Shown piece after piece: positions 1 through 9,414 of a stretch of DNA of 57,716 nt; position 1 is the first letter of the stretch, and each line of letters begins with the position of its first letter. The notes below the pieces were generated by a model that had not been told where the DNA came from, did no database searches, and saw only the letters and a list, made by a program, of their open reading frames with translations. Where the stretch lies: positions 1 through 57,716 of the forward strand of contig JAUZNW010000002.1 of assembly GCA_030706785.1 (NCBI GenBank). Direction: 5' to 3'. Source of the DNA: Bacteroidota bacterium (lineage in GTDB: Bacteria; Bacteroidota; Bacteroidia; Bacteroidales; VadinHA17). Made by a program: the position numbers and the translations under genes.

Positions 1-7
1 GCGAGTG

Positions 8-3000
8 CTATGCAGTCGCGTTAACAACAGCTTTTGACAGGATTTTCGATTCAAGCTCCTTGTGCCTGCCCCGGCTCGTATCATACATAAGTGCTGTAGC
101 AACGAATACCGAAGAATACACACCGGTACTGATACCAACCAGAAGAGCAAACATGAATCCACGAATTACAGCGCCGCCAAATATGAACATAGCTGCTATT
201 GTAAGAATAACTGCAAAGGTGGTGTTTATCGTTCTGCTCAAGGTAGCATTGAGCGCTATATTAAGAACTTCCTTGAATGGCCTTTTCCTGTATAATGGCA
301 GAAATTCCCTTACTCTGTCAAAGACGATCACAGTATCACTCACAGAGTATCCTATCACTGTAAGTATTGCCGCTATGAATGACTGGTCAATCTCCATTGA
401 GAATGGCATATGGCCCCACAGCAGTGAATAGACTCCGAGGACAAGAAGTACATCGTGGAACAAAGATGCAACAGCCCCGAATCCAAACTGCCAGTACTTG
501 TACCTGACGAAGATGTAGAAAAAGATAAGGACAAGTGCAATACCAACAGCATAGAAGGCATTGATCTTGATATCGGCTGCCACAACAGGTCCGACTGTTT
601 CCGAACTCTTCATATAATTCCGGAGGAAATTATCCCTGGAAACATCTGGTGGAAAGAAGCTTTGCAATCCTTCATAGAGCTTAGTGTCAACAGCATCTTC
701 AGCACCTGTCTCGTTAATTCTGTACGCGGTGGTTATCTTGACCTGGTTAACGTTTCCGTAAGTGACTACCTGGGGAAGCTCTCCGAAAGCAACGGTGAGC
801 TTATTTGCTATATTTTCAGTAGTCACAGGTTCATCAAACCTTACGACAAATGTACGTCCTCCCTTGAAATCGATTCCAGGATTAAGTCCCCTTGTGAACA
901 GTGAAATGATTCCTGAAGTAAGTATAATCGCTGAAGCAATATAGAAGTATTTCCTCATTCCTATGAAATCAATATTTGTATGCTTCAGAAATTCTGCGGT
1001 CATTTTAATCGAGAAATGAAGCTGTTTGTTCCTCTTAAGCAGAGCTTCGTAAATCAGCCTTGTGATAAAAATAGATGCAAACAGTGATGTCATTGTTCCA
1101 ATGATAAGGGTAGTGGCAAAGCTTTTAATCGGGCCGCTACCGAACACATAAAGCACGACTCCTGTTATGATTGTTGTGGCCTTTGAGTCAATAATTGCAG
1201 GATAAGCTCTTCTGTAACCGTCATAAAGGGCCAGTTTGACTCCCTTCCCGTTTCTCAGCTCCTCTCTTGTACGTTCGAAGATAAGAATGTTCGCGTCAAC
1301 GTCCATACCCATCGTGAGCACTATACCTGCAATACCCGGAAGTGAAAGCACGGCATTCAGCGAAGCGAGCACTCCAAAAAGCAGAAGCAGGTTGACAAAT
1401 AGAGCTATATCCGCAATCGTACCTGCGCTTCTGCTGTAATAGAAAATCATAAAGCTCAGAACGAGGATAAATGCGATTACAAAAGAAACAAAACCTGAAT
1501 TGATTGCTTCTTTTCCGAGTGAGGGACCTATAACATTATCCGAAACAATTCTTGCAGGTGCAGGCATTTTACCTGACTTAAGTATGTTTGCCAGGTCTGT
1601 TGCCTCGTCAAGTGTAAAATCTCCGGTGACTTCAGTACTCCCACCTGTTATTTCATTTATAACCCTCGGGTAGGAACGGACATAACCGTCAAGAACTACG
1701 GCTATACAACGGCCGATATTTTCGCGGGTCATTCTTGCCCATGTCTTGGCGCCTTCCGAATTCATTGTAAAGTCAACCTGGACCTCAGAGCCGGTCCTTC
1801 CCGAAGTAGGCCGTGCACCCGTTATAACATCACCTCCCAGTGGGGCTCTTCCATCGCGTGTTGTGATTTTTATTGCGTGGAGCTCAAACATTGATTTGGT
1901 GGGATCATACTTGTACGGAGTAAGGCTCCAGACAAATCTAAGGTCACGTGGTAACAGGATTTTTATCCGCGGCATTTTGAGATAGCTGTTCACCTTGGCG
2001 GTATCCATCCCCCTTACAAGACCTACCATTGACGACTGCAAAGGCTGCCCCTTTTGATCCACGCGGGGATTGAGGACTGCAAAGAGCGGATTCTGAAGGT
2101 CGAATTCCTGCCTTGTTTCTGCCTTTGCTTTTGTCGTATCCTTGCTTATGAGTTCCTCAAGAGCCTGATCCTTTTTAGTTGTATCTGCAGGGGCAGCAGG
2201 TTTAGCCTGAGAAGGAGCAGCAACGGCCGATTTTGTCGTGTCGGTTTTCGCATTACTTTTCTGTATCTCCCGGAGGATATTATTTGCCTGTATCAGGTAA
2301 TTTATCACCTCACTGTTCTCATATGTTTCCCAGAACTCGAGGTTGGCAGTTCCCTGGAGGAGTTCACGAACCCGCTTCGGATCTTCCTGGCCGGGAAGCT
2401 CGATAAGGATCCTGCCTTTTGTGGACAGTTTCGTTATGTTTGGCTGAACAACCCCGAACCGGTCAATTCTTGTACGCAGGATGTTGAATGAATTATCAAT
2501 CGCTGTGTTAACTTCCTCATTGAGGACTTTCATAACCTCCTCGTTGGTCGAATTGAAGTTGATCTTATCCCTCAGGGCAGGTGTTCCGAAAATAGATGCA
2601 AGTTTGGCATTGGGATCTATCTCCTGGAAAGCCCTTCCGAAAAGTGTAAGAAAATCAGCCTGACTCTGTCTTTCATATCCTTTAGCTTTGGCAATTGCCT
2701 GCAGGAAAGTTTTATCAGTGCTGTAATTGGAGAGTGATTTCAGAACATCCTCGACAGAAACTTCAAGAATGACGTTCATACCCCCTTTCAGGTCCAGACC
2801 AAGATTCATCTGTTTTTTCTGAACATCTTTAAATGTGTAACCGAGGTAGCTCCATTTCTCTTTTGGCAGGGCAGCAATGGAATCCACATAAGTGCGCTGT
2901 TTTACAAGGTCACCTTTTGCATATTCTTTTGCATCTCTTCTTACCTTGTATGTTGCAAAGGTAAATGACAACTGATAGAGTGATATCAATCCCAGTGCGA

Positions 3001-3034
3001 TAGCCAGTACAGTAACTGCTCCTTTATTTTGCAT
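8..3034 (-). CDS. secDF: Protein translocase subunit SecDF (fused SecD+SecF, 1008 aa)
   Basis: One uninterrupted ORF. It has an N-terminal TM, a large periplasmic domain, then two multi-TM bundles with SecD/SecF-type motifs (GMDVDANILIFERTREE; YSVSDTVIVFDRVRE). The N-terminus MQNKGAVTVLAIALGLISLYQLSFTF is typical of Bacteroidota fused SecDF. Confidence 0.9.
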   Translation of the reverse strand: MQNKGAVTVLAIALGLISLYQLSFTFATYKVRRDAKEYAKGDLVKQRTYVDSIAALPKEKWSYLGYTFKDVQKKQMNLGLDLKGGMNVILEVSVEDVLKSLSNYSTDKTFLQAIAKAKGYERQSQADFLTLFGRAFQEIDPNAKLASIFGTPALRDKINFNSTNEEVMKVLNEEVNTAIDNSFNILRTRIDRFGVVQPNITKLSTKGRILIELPGQEDPKRVRELLQGTANLEFWETYENSEVINYLIQANNILREIQKSNAKTDTTKSAVAAPSQAKPAAPADTTKKDQALEELISKDTTKAKAETRQEFDLQNPLFAVLNPRVDQKGQPLQSSMVGLVRGMDTAKVNSYLKMPRIKILLPRDLRFVWSLTPYKYDPTKSMFELHAIKITTRDGRAPLGGDVITGARPTSGRTGSEVQVDFTMNSEGAKTWARMTRENIGRCIAVVLDGYVRSYPRVINEITGGSTEVTGDFTLDEATDLANILKSGKMPAPARIVSDNVIGPSLGKEAINSGFVSFVIAFILVLSFMIFYYSRSAGTIADIALFVNLLLLFGVLASLNAVLSLPGIAGIVLTMGMDVDANILIFERTREELRNGKGVKLALYDGYRRAYPAIIDSKATTIITGVVLYVFGSGPIKSFATTLIIGTMTSLFASIFITRLIYEALLKRNKQLHFSIKMTAEFLKHTNIDFIGMRKYFYIASAIILTSGIISLFTRGLNPGIDFKGGRTFVVRFDEPVTTENIANKLTVAFGELPQVVTYGNVNQVKITTAYRINETGAEDAVDTKLYEGLQSFFPPDVSRDNFLRNYMKSSETVGPVVAADIKINAFYAVGIALVLIFFYIFVRYKYWQFGFGAVASLFHDVLLVLGVYSLLWGHMPFSMEIDQSFIAAILTVIGYSVSDTVIVFDRVREFLPLYRKRPFKEVLNIALNATLSRTINTTFAVILTIAAMFIFGGAVIRGFMFALLVGISTGVYSSVFVATALMYDTSRGRHKELESKILSKAVVNATA

Positions 3035-3080
3035 CTGATTCTTTTTTTACACTATTTTCAATAAAATGATTGACGAGGCG

Positions 3081-3088
3081 CAAAGATA
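3081..3088 (-). promoter_or_regulatory. Candidate -7 promoter box TAtcTTTG for secDF
   Basis: Plus strand reads CAAAGATA, the reverse complement of TAnnTTTG, about 46 nt upstream of the secDF start. Confidence 0.3.
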
Positions 3089-3125
3089 AAAAACTTTTAC
3101 GTAAAAAAGTAGTACCCTTTAAATC

Positions 3126-3158
3126 ATAAAAAATGGAGGTGTCGCAATCAACACCTCC
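3126..3158 (-). terminator. Rho-independent terminator after the TolC/efflux operon
   Basis: 8-bp GC-rich stem GGAGGTGT / ACACCTCC with an 8-nt loop. On the minus strand a T-run follows it (plus-strand ATAAAAAAT). It lies 38 nt downstream of the TolC-like stop. Confidence 0.6.
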
Positions 3159-3195
3159 ACATCATCAAAGGTAATTAAAAAATGGTAAGCAATTA

Positions 3196-4677
3196 TTATT
3201 TAATGAGTTCAGCGAAATCAGATTCAAGCGGTTTCCTGTTTATGAAATCATAAAGTGCAAGGCTCCTGATGTTATAGAAAAAATTCCAGTAATCCTGCAA
3301 AGACTGAATATAAGCTCTTCTGTTCTGGTCCTTCCTTGAGTCAGCATCCTGCAGGTCAAGGACTGCTATTTTCCCGATAAGGAAACGCTGTTTTGTAACT
3401 TCATAACGCTTCATGGCGACAGTATCCGATTTGGCTGCTATTGAAACCTGGTCTGCCTGGAGATTGAACTGATCAACATCGAGCAGGAGGTTCTCCTCAA
3501 AGTCGACCAGCGCCTGTGCTGACTGTACCTGTGCAAGTTCATAGCTTGAAAGCGCCAATTTATACCTTCCGCGGCCAAGGCCCCAGTCGAGGATCGGTAA
3601 AGTAAATCCTATTCTTACAGTCTGCTGTCTGGCAGGTTGTTCGTAGGCCAGTGCGAAATTAGGGTCTTGGTCACGCAATCCATAGGATGCAACCAGGTTA
3701 GCATTAAGGCCCTTTTCGGCTTTTGCCTGTACCATAGCACTCTGGGCAGTCAGAAGGGTCAGCTGCTCGTTCACTATTTCAGGATTGTTCGCCATGGCAA
3801 GATCCAGTACCTCCTTGGAATTTACCTGCAGTGATGGAATCTCACTTGGAATAATAAGCTCAATCGAAACACCCTCCTTAAATCCTAAGAATGACCTTAA
3901 GCGTATCTCCCTGTCACGTAGATTCATTTCAGCCTGCTTACGCGCCGTTTCAGTATTAAGCCATGAAAGCTGCATCTGCAGAAGCTCATCCTCAGCAATG
4001 GTTCCCAGGTCATATCTTCCTCTGGCGATCCTGTACAGCGTATCAGCATTTGAATAGTTCATCTCTGCAATCTGCTTGTTGATCTGGGCCAGTGCAAGTC
4101 CGAAGAAGTACTGGACAGCCTGTTGGTGCACGGACTCAATATTGGCGAGATAAGTTTTCTTGGCAGCATCATATTTCAACGGCTCTGTTTTTTTCTGCCA
4201 TCTCAGGGCGTTATATCTGAACATAGGCTGATTCAATGCGATAGTGAGAGGCGATGTGATATATTTCCTCGTGTGATTCTCAAAATCGTTGAACAGGTTC
4301 AGATCGGAGTTCAAAGATATCGTACCTCCGCTGAATCCAACATTCTGTGAAAGAGAAAGTGATCCGATATTATTCAGGGTGTTCGTTGACCTGTAATCCC
4401 ATGTGTTTGTAAATGAGTTCCAGACCCTTTCATAAGCCGTGCTGTAACTCGGTGTGGTTCCAGTCAAAGTCAGGGAAGGCCTGTATTGCGCAACGTAGGT
4501 ACGGTACTGCCAGTAACTTGCACGAAACCTGTGTTTGGCGATCATTGCATACGGCGACTGCTCCTCGGCAAGCTTCAAAACTTCGTCCAGGGTAAGCTTT
4601 TTTAACTCCTGGGACAAGGAATTCTGGAACGATAAGAAACAAAAACCTATCGTGGATAAAAATAATAACTTCTTCAT
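3196..4677 (-). CDS. TolC-family outer-membrane efflux protein (493 aa)
   Basis: Signal peptide MKKLLFLSTIGFCFLSF. Two-repeat helical/beta-barrel pattern typical of the OEP/TolC family. It is the last gene of an adaptor-permease-OMP operon. Confidence 0.8.
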   Translation of the reverse strand: MKKLLFLSTIGFCFLSFQNSLSQELKKLTLDEVLKLAEEQSPYAMIAKHRFRASYWQYRTYVAQYRPSLTLTGTTPSYSTAYERVWNSFTNTWDYRSTNTLNNIGSLSLSQNVGFSGGTISLNSDLNLFNDFENHTRKYITSPLTIALNQPMFRYNALRWQKKTEPLKYDAAKKTYLANIESVHQQAVQYFFGLALAQINKQIAEMNYSNADTLYRIARGRYDLGTIAEDELLQMQLSWLNTETARKQAEMNLRDREIRLRSFLGFKEGVSIELIIPSEIPSLQVNSKEVLDLAMANNPEIVNEQLTLLTAQSAMVQAKAEKGLNANLVASYGLRDQDPNFALAYEQPARQQTVRIGFTLPILDWGLGRGRYKLALSSYELAQVQSAQALVDFEENLLLDVDQFNLQADQVSIAAKSDTVAMKRYEVTKQRFLIGKIAVLDLQDADSRKDQNRRAYIQSLQDYWNFFYNIRSLALYDFINRKPLESDFAELIK

Positions 4678-4687
4678 TTTAAATATT

Positions 4688-6076
4688 TTATTCGTATCTT
4701 AATGATTCAATGGGATCTTTTTCTGATGCTCTCTTTGCAGGCTGATAACCGAAAATTACACCGACGGCTGCCGACACTCCGAAAGCTATAAAGACTGAGA
4801 AGAAGGAGACAATCGTCATGATTCCTGCAATCTGCTCGATCAGCTTGGCCATTATAACTCCAAGGAATACCCCGATAAAACCTCCGGATACACTTATAAG
4901 CACTGCTTCAGAGAGGAACTGGACTACGATATCCATCTTTTTGGCACCGATGGCCATTCTTGTCCCAATCTCTTTGATTCGTTCCATGACAGATGCGAAC
5001 ATGATATTCATGATCCCGATTCCTCCTACGATCAGGGATATGCTGGCTATTGCGCCGAGCACTATGTTGAATATGTCTTTTGTTCTTTGCTGTTGTTTGA
5101 GCAGCAGCTCGGGAACTGTAATCTCAAAATCCTTTACATTTGAATGACGGCGTGTAAGCATTCGGCTCAGTATCTCAGTACTCGGATTTAGCTGATCAGT
5201 CTCACCGACCTGGACTACGATCCTGTCGAGCTGGTTATAGTTGGTTTCGGCTTCGGTTGATGCATCGGAACTGCTTACAACGACCCTGCTCATTCCTCCC
5301 ATTCCCGGGCCGCCAAAGACCATGACATTTGTTGAGGCTTCGGATACGAGCTTGGTATTCACCAGGGCCCGGTTCTGATATCTCAGAAGCATAGTCTGGA
5401 TAGGTATGTAAATATTATCGTTGTATACATTAACGCCCTTTTCCTCAAATCCGGTAAGGCTGACGTTTGTTTTCTGAAGAACGCCTATTACCTTAAGCCA
5501 GATCCCGTTGAATTTGATGTACTGCCCTATAGGATCGATTTTGCTGAAAAATTTGGATCTTATATTTGCACCTATGATACAAACCTGTATCCCGTTCTCC
5601 TCCTGGTAATTATTAAAAAATACGCCTGAAACAAGCGGAAGGTTGTATAGATAGAAATAATCGTTTGAAACTCCAACAAGCTTGGCGGTGTACTTAACAC
5701 CGTTCATCATAGCAACGGAGTTGAATGAGATTTCAGGGCTGATCCTTTTTACTGAAGGAAGAACCTCGCGGATGGCATCAACATCAAGCATGCTGAGGCC
5801 TCTGGAGAATTTCTTCGTCTGTTTTTCAGATTCTGTCGAGCTGGATGTTGATTTATCCTGAACAATGGGATTGATAAGGATATTATTGACACCCACCATC
5901 TTCATCTGTTCCATTATTTCCTGCTTCGCGCCCTTGCCGATGGCAAGCATTGCGATTACTGCCGCGACACCGAAAATGATACCAAGAGCCGTAAGCATTG
6001 ACTTCAACTTGTTTGAAACTATCGACTCTACGGCAATTTCCATATCATGAAAATATCGAAAGAAAAACTTAAACAT
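4688..6076 (-). CDS. MacB-like ABC-transporter permease, FtsX family (462 aa; start could be Met-12 at 6043)
   Basis: N-terminal TM with the SNKLKSMLTALGIIFGVAAVIAMLAIG motif, a large periplasmic MacB_PCD-like domain, and a C-terminal FtsX 3-TM bundle with the ERIKEIGTRMAIGA loop. It ends in ..DPIESLRYE. No nucleotide-binding domain. Confidence 0.85.
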   Translation of the reverse strand: MFKFFFRYFHDMEIAVESIVSNKLKSMLTALGIIFGVAAVIAMLAIGKGAKQEIMEQMKMVGVNNILINPIVQDKSTSSSTESEKQTKKFSRGLSMLDVDAIREVLPSVKRISPEISFNSVAMMNGVKYTAKLVGVSNDYFYLYNLPLVSGVFFNNYQEENGIQVCIIGANIRSKFFSKIDPIGQYIKFNGIWLKVIGVLQKTNVSLTGFEEKGVNVYNDNIYIPIQTMLLRYQNRALVNTKLVSEASTNVMVFGGPGMGGMSRVVVSSSDASTEAETNYNQLDRIVVQVGETDQLNPSTEILSRMLTRRHSNVKDFEITVPELLLKQQQRTKDIFNIVLGAIASISLIVGGIGIMNIMFASVMERIKEIGTRMAIGAKKMDIVVQFLSEAVLISVSGGFIGVFLGVIMAKLIEQIAGIMTIVSFFSVFIAFGVSAAVGVIFGYQPAKRASEKDPIESLRYE

Positions 6077-6094
6077 GCCTGTCTGATTTTACTG

Positions 6095-7756
6095 TTAATT
6101 CTGATTCTGTTCACGTGACTGCTGAGGCTGATTTTGCCTGTTCTGCCTCATCTGATTCATGAATCTCCGCCTTGCTGCGGTATCGCTCATCATCCTCTGC
6201 ATCATTTCAGGATTATTCCGCATCATCCTTCTGAATGCCGCCGTATCCCTGGGGCCGGTTTGTCCACTCTGCCTGAACTGACCGCCCTGCGTACTCTGAC
6301 CGCCCTGCGTACCCTGACCTCTCTGCATTCCCTGACCTCCCGGCATTCCCCCCTGAGGCATATTCCCCCTCATATTCTGAAATTTCTGCATCATTTCAGG
6401 TGTCATTCCCTCCATCGTTGAAGGCGCCTGTCTTTCCTTCTCAGCCTCCTGCTTTGCCTTCAGTTCCTCTTCTTTCCTGGCTTTTGCCCGTTCCTGATTA
6501 ACAGCAATAAGCTCCTGTCCTGCCAGTTTGAACCTCTCAGGATTTTCCGGAGTACTGAGGAATATCTTATCCCCGGGATTCAGACCCTGCTCAATTATAA
6601 CATTGTTCTCATTTTCTTCGCCAAGGACCACAATCTGTTTATCCCTGCCTTTGGTATAGACATAAGGAATACTGTCAGCTCCCCGCTGAACACTTTCAAG
6701 GGGTATATATGTTACATCTTCAATCGTCTTCGTAACTATCTTGTTACCAGTGGTCATTGAGGGTCTGAGTATGGGATCGGTGCCGTCGATCTTGATCACG
6801 ACCTCAAATACTTTTGCGTCAGCATTCGGTAACTGTTCTCCAATATTTGCCACTGATGATACAACTCCTGTATATGATTTTTCAGGAAAAGCGTCAACCA
6901 TTATTTCAACTTTCTGACCGGCTTTAACCTTGCTGACATCAATTTCATTCACGTAGGTTTTAGATATCATCGACGACATGTCGGGTAATGTAGCCACAAC
7001 ATTATCCCAGGGGGATATTGAGGATCCAACCTTTCTCTTGGCATTGGTCCTGTCTCTCTTGTAGATAACCATTCCATCGGCCGGCGCTTTTATAACAAAG
7101 TTGGCAAGTATTGCCTGCAGGTCTGCAACTTTCTGCCTCTGCTCAGACAGATTGTACTTGATGGTTTTCATATCGGATCTTGCCTGCTCAACCTTAAGTG
7201 AATATCCTTTTATAGCTTGTTCCAGTGAACGTTTTGCCTTATCAAGAGAAATCTCTGCCTGCCTGATCGTTGTCGGCGGTTCATATTTGGACTGCTGTAG
7301 CGTAATCTCAGCTTCTTCAACCGAGAACTTGAGATTCTTTATATTGTCGCGCAGGTCACTGAGTGTAACTGCGGTATCAAGAGTTTTAACCTCCAGGTTG
7401 GTCTCATAAGTAGTCAGCCTATCAAGCTCGTCCTTCAGAGTATTGTCAAATGATGTCCTGTCGAGAGTGGCGATATAATCCCCTGACTTTACTACTGTTC
7501 CTTCGGGTACGAGATCAGTGATCTTAATATCCATTGCCCTTATCTGGCGGCTCTGCCTGAAATCGGGACCTGTTATATCAGTCGATTTCTCAGCCTGCAA
7601 TTCCCCGGTGGTCGATACAACTATTTCAAACTGACCTTTTTTCACCTCAGCATAAAGGTTGGCAATATCTTTCTTTTTATTGATCCTGCCGACAATGATC
7701 AGGGCGATTATTGCCAAGACTGCCACAATACTGGTAATGATAATTACTTTTTTCAT
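6095..7756 (-). CDS. HlyD/MacA-family periplasmic adaptor with a Met/Gln/Gly-rich C-terminal tail (553 aa)
   Basis: N-terminal TM anchor, lipoyl/coiled-coil hairpin/beta-barrel order typical of membrane-fusion proteins, then a low-complexity tail of about 125 aa. Confidence 0.85.
   Translation of the reverse strand: MKKVIIITSIVAVLAIIALIIVGRINKKKDIANLYAEVKKGQFEIVVSTTGELQAEKSTDITGPDFRQSRQIRAMDIKITDLVPEGTVVKSGDYIATLDRTSFDNTLKDELDRLTTYETNLEVKTLDTAVTLSDLRDNIKNLKFSVEEAEITLQQSKYEPPTTIRQAEISLDKAKRSLEQAIKGYSLKVEQARSDMKTIKYNLSEQRQKVADLQAILANFVIKAPADGMVIYKRDRTNAKRKVGSSISPWDNVVATLPDMSSMISKTYVNEIDVSKVKAGQKVEIMVDAFPEKSYTGVVSSVANIGEQLPNADAKVFEVVIKIDGTDPILRPSMTTGNKIVTKTIEDVTYIPLESVQRGADSIPYVYTKGRDKQIVVLGEENENNVIIEQGLNPGDKIFLSTPENPERFKLAGQELIAVNQERAKARKEEELKAKQEAEKERQAPSTMEGMTPEMMQKFQNMRGNMPQGGMPGGQGMQRGQGTQGGQSTQGGQFRQSGQTGPRDTAAFRRMMRNNPEMMQRMMSDTAARRRFMNQMRQNRQNQPQQSREQNQN
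6278..6349 (-). repeat. Four in-frame 18-nt tandem repeats inside the adaptor gene tail
   Basis: Plus strand reads CTGACCGCCCTGCGTACT / CTGACCGCCCTGCGTACC / CTGACCTCTCTGCATTCC / CTGACCTCCCGGCATTCC. These encode the hexapeptide repeats GMPGGQ-GMQRGQ-GTQGGQ-STQGGQ. Confidence 0.85.
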
Positions 7757-7803
7757 TGAGATTATGCTTATTAATTTTTATGTTTTCCTGTGAAAATTTT
7801 TTG

Positions 7804-7811
7804 CAAAAGTA
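7804..7811 (-). promoter_or_regulatory. Candidate -7 promoter box TActTTTG for the efflux operon
   Basis: Plus strand reads CAAAAGTA, about 47 nt upstream of the adaptor start codon. Confidence 0.3.
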
Positions 7812-7937
7812 TTTAAATGTCCTTTTAATCAAATTGAATTTAACATCTTTTAAGGATTATCAGGTTTCTTCATTCTGCTTTAAAGACACCCATCCTTCCC
7901 GATTTATTCCGGAGCCAGAGTGAAAAAACAGAAAATA

Positions 7938-9320
7938 TCAGGCTTTTTTAACAATCCCGATTACCCGATCAGCCAGATCATCAGCTTCTTCCGGAGTTCT
8001 TGATTCAGCGTAAATCCTGATTATCGGTTCGGTATTTGATTTGCGGACTTGTACCCAGCCGTCTTTTTGTTCGATCCTCATGCCGTCCCTTTCATCAATC
8101 TCATAATCTTTGAATTCTTGCCTTACGATGTCAAGAATCCTTTTAAAATCAGAACCTTCCTGAAGGGTCATTTTCTTCTTTGCCATGAAATAATCCGGGT
8201 ATGTTTTCCTGAGTTCAGAGCATTTCATCCCGCTCAGGGCAAGATGGGAAAGGAACAGTGCTATACCGACAAGGGCATCCCTTCCGTAATGAAGCTTTGG
8301 ATAAATTACACCGCCATTCCCTTCTCCTCCGATCACAGCATTTCTCCTCTTCATCTCTTCAACGACATTAACCTCACCAACAGCAGCGGTAAAATACCGG
8401 CCGCCGTATCGTTCCGTCACATCCTTCAGCGCCCTGGTCGACGACAGGTTTGAAACTGTGTTACCGGATTTATGTTTTAAAACATAATCCGATACAGCTA
8501 CCAGTGTGTATTCCTCACCGAACATCGAACCATCCTCACAGATGATGGCAAGGCGGTCAACATCAGGATCGACAACGAATCCCAAATCTGCTTTCTTCTT
8601 TCTGACAAGAGAAGATATTTCGGTAAGATTCTGGGGGAGTGGTTCGGGATTGTGTGAAAAATGACCATCCGGATCCGTGTTGATCTCAACTATCTTATTC
8701 ACGCCCAGGCCTTTAAGCAGACCTGGAACAATGATCCCACCTACCGAGTTGACACAATCGATAGCAATTGTGAAATCAGCTTTTCTGATCAGATCACTTC
8801 GCGTTAGCTCAAGTCCAAGTACCTGGTCAAGATGGATCTGGCTCCATGAATCGTCATGGATAAATGATCCGAAATCATCCACTCCGGCAAAAGCGAAATC
8901 TTCTGAATCAGCTATTTTAAGTACCTCAGAACCATCCGCTGCTGAAAGGAATTCTCCCTTTCCATTCAGGAGCTTCAGTGCGTTCCATTCAGCAGGATTG
9001 TGGCTTGCAGTAATAATTATCCCGCCATGCGAACCTGTACCTGTTACAGCCAGTTCAACAGTTGGGGTTGATGCCAGTCCTGTATCCGTAACATTGATTC
9101 CAAGACTTCTCAAAGTATTAACTACAAGATTGTTAACCATCGGTCCCGATCGTCTGGCATCACGTCCGATGATAACCCTCAATGGCTTCCCTGGATTTTT
9201 ACGTCCAAGCCAGATCCCGTATGCAGAAGCGAATTTCACAATATCCACCGGGGTCAGCCCGTCACCGGGTTTTCCTCCGATCGTACCTCTGATACCTGAA
9301 ATGGATTTAATTAGCGACAT
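7938..9320 (-). CDS. glmM: Phosphoglucosamine mutase (460 aa)
   Basis: N-terminus MSLIKSISGIRGTIGG and the active-site phosphoserine loop ITASHNPAEWNALK. Four-domain alpha-D-phosphohexomutase layout, with length and N-terminus matching Bacteroidota GlmM. Confidence 0.85.
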   Translation of the reverse strand: MSLIKSISGIRGTIGGKPGDGLTPVDIVKFASAYGIWLGRKNPGKPLRVIIGRDARRSGPMVNNLVVNTLRSLGINVTDTGLASTPTVELAVTGTGSHGGIIITASHNPAEWNALKLLNGKGEFLSAADGSEVLKIADSEDFAFAGVDDFGSFIHDDSWSQIHLDQVLGLELTRSDLIRKADFTIAIDCVNSVGGIIVPGLLKGLGVNKIVEINTDPDGHFSHNPEPLPQNLTEISSLVRKKKADLGFVVDPDVDRLAIICEDGSMFGEEYTLVAVSDYVLKHKSGNTVSNLSSTRALKDVTERYGGRYFTAAVGEVNVVEEMKRRNAVIGGEGNGGVIYPKLHYGRDALVGIALFLSHLALSGMKCSELRKTYPDYFMAKKKMTLQEGSDFKRILDIVRQEFKDYEIDERDGMRIEQKDGWVQVRKSNTEPIIRIYAESRTPEEADDLADRVIGIVKKA

Positions 9321-9386
9321 AAAACAGGAAGTTAGAGTAACAAAGGTGCGAAAAAAACTTCAAATCATTATATTGTCAATTAATTG

Positions 9387-9394
9387 TACCTTTG
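9387..9394 (+). promoter_or_regulatory. Candidate -7 promoter box TAccTTTG for the pseudouridine synthase/era/der genes
   Basis: TAnnTTTG match about 20 nt upstream of the ATG at 9415. Confidence 0.3.
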
Positions 9395-9414
9395 CGAACT
9401 GATTGTAAAATACC

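Noticed and set aside
8677-9402. Long antisense ORFs inside real genes: 8677-9402 (241 aa, opposite glmM), 23910-24497 (195 aa, opposite the HK), 30958-31494 (178 aa, opposite valS), 455-904 and 2054-2491 (opposite secDF), and 9574-10038 (opposite the pseudouridine synthase).
   Set aside because: Each lies entirely within a well-supported gene on the other strand. Their compositions are low-complexity Ser/Pro/Leu/Ile-rich, typical of shadow frames, and none has a recognisable motif.
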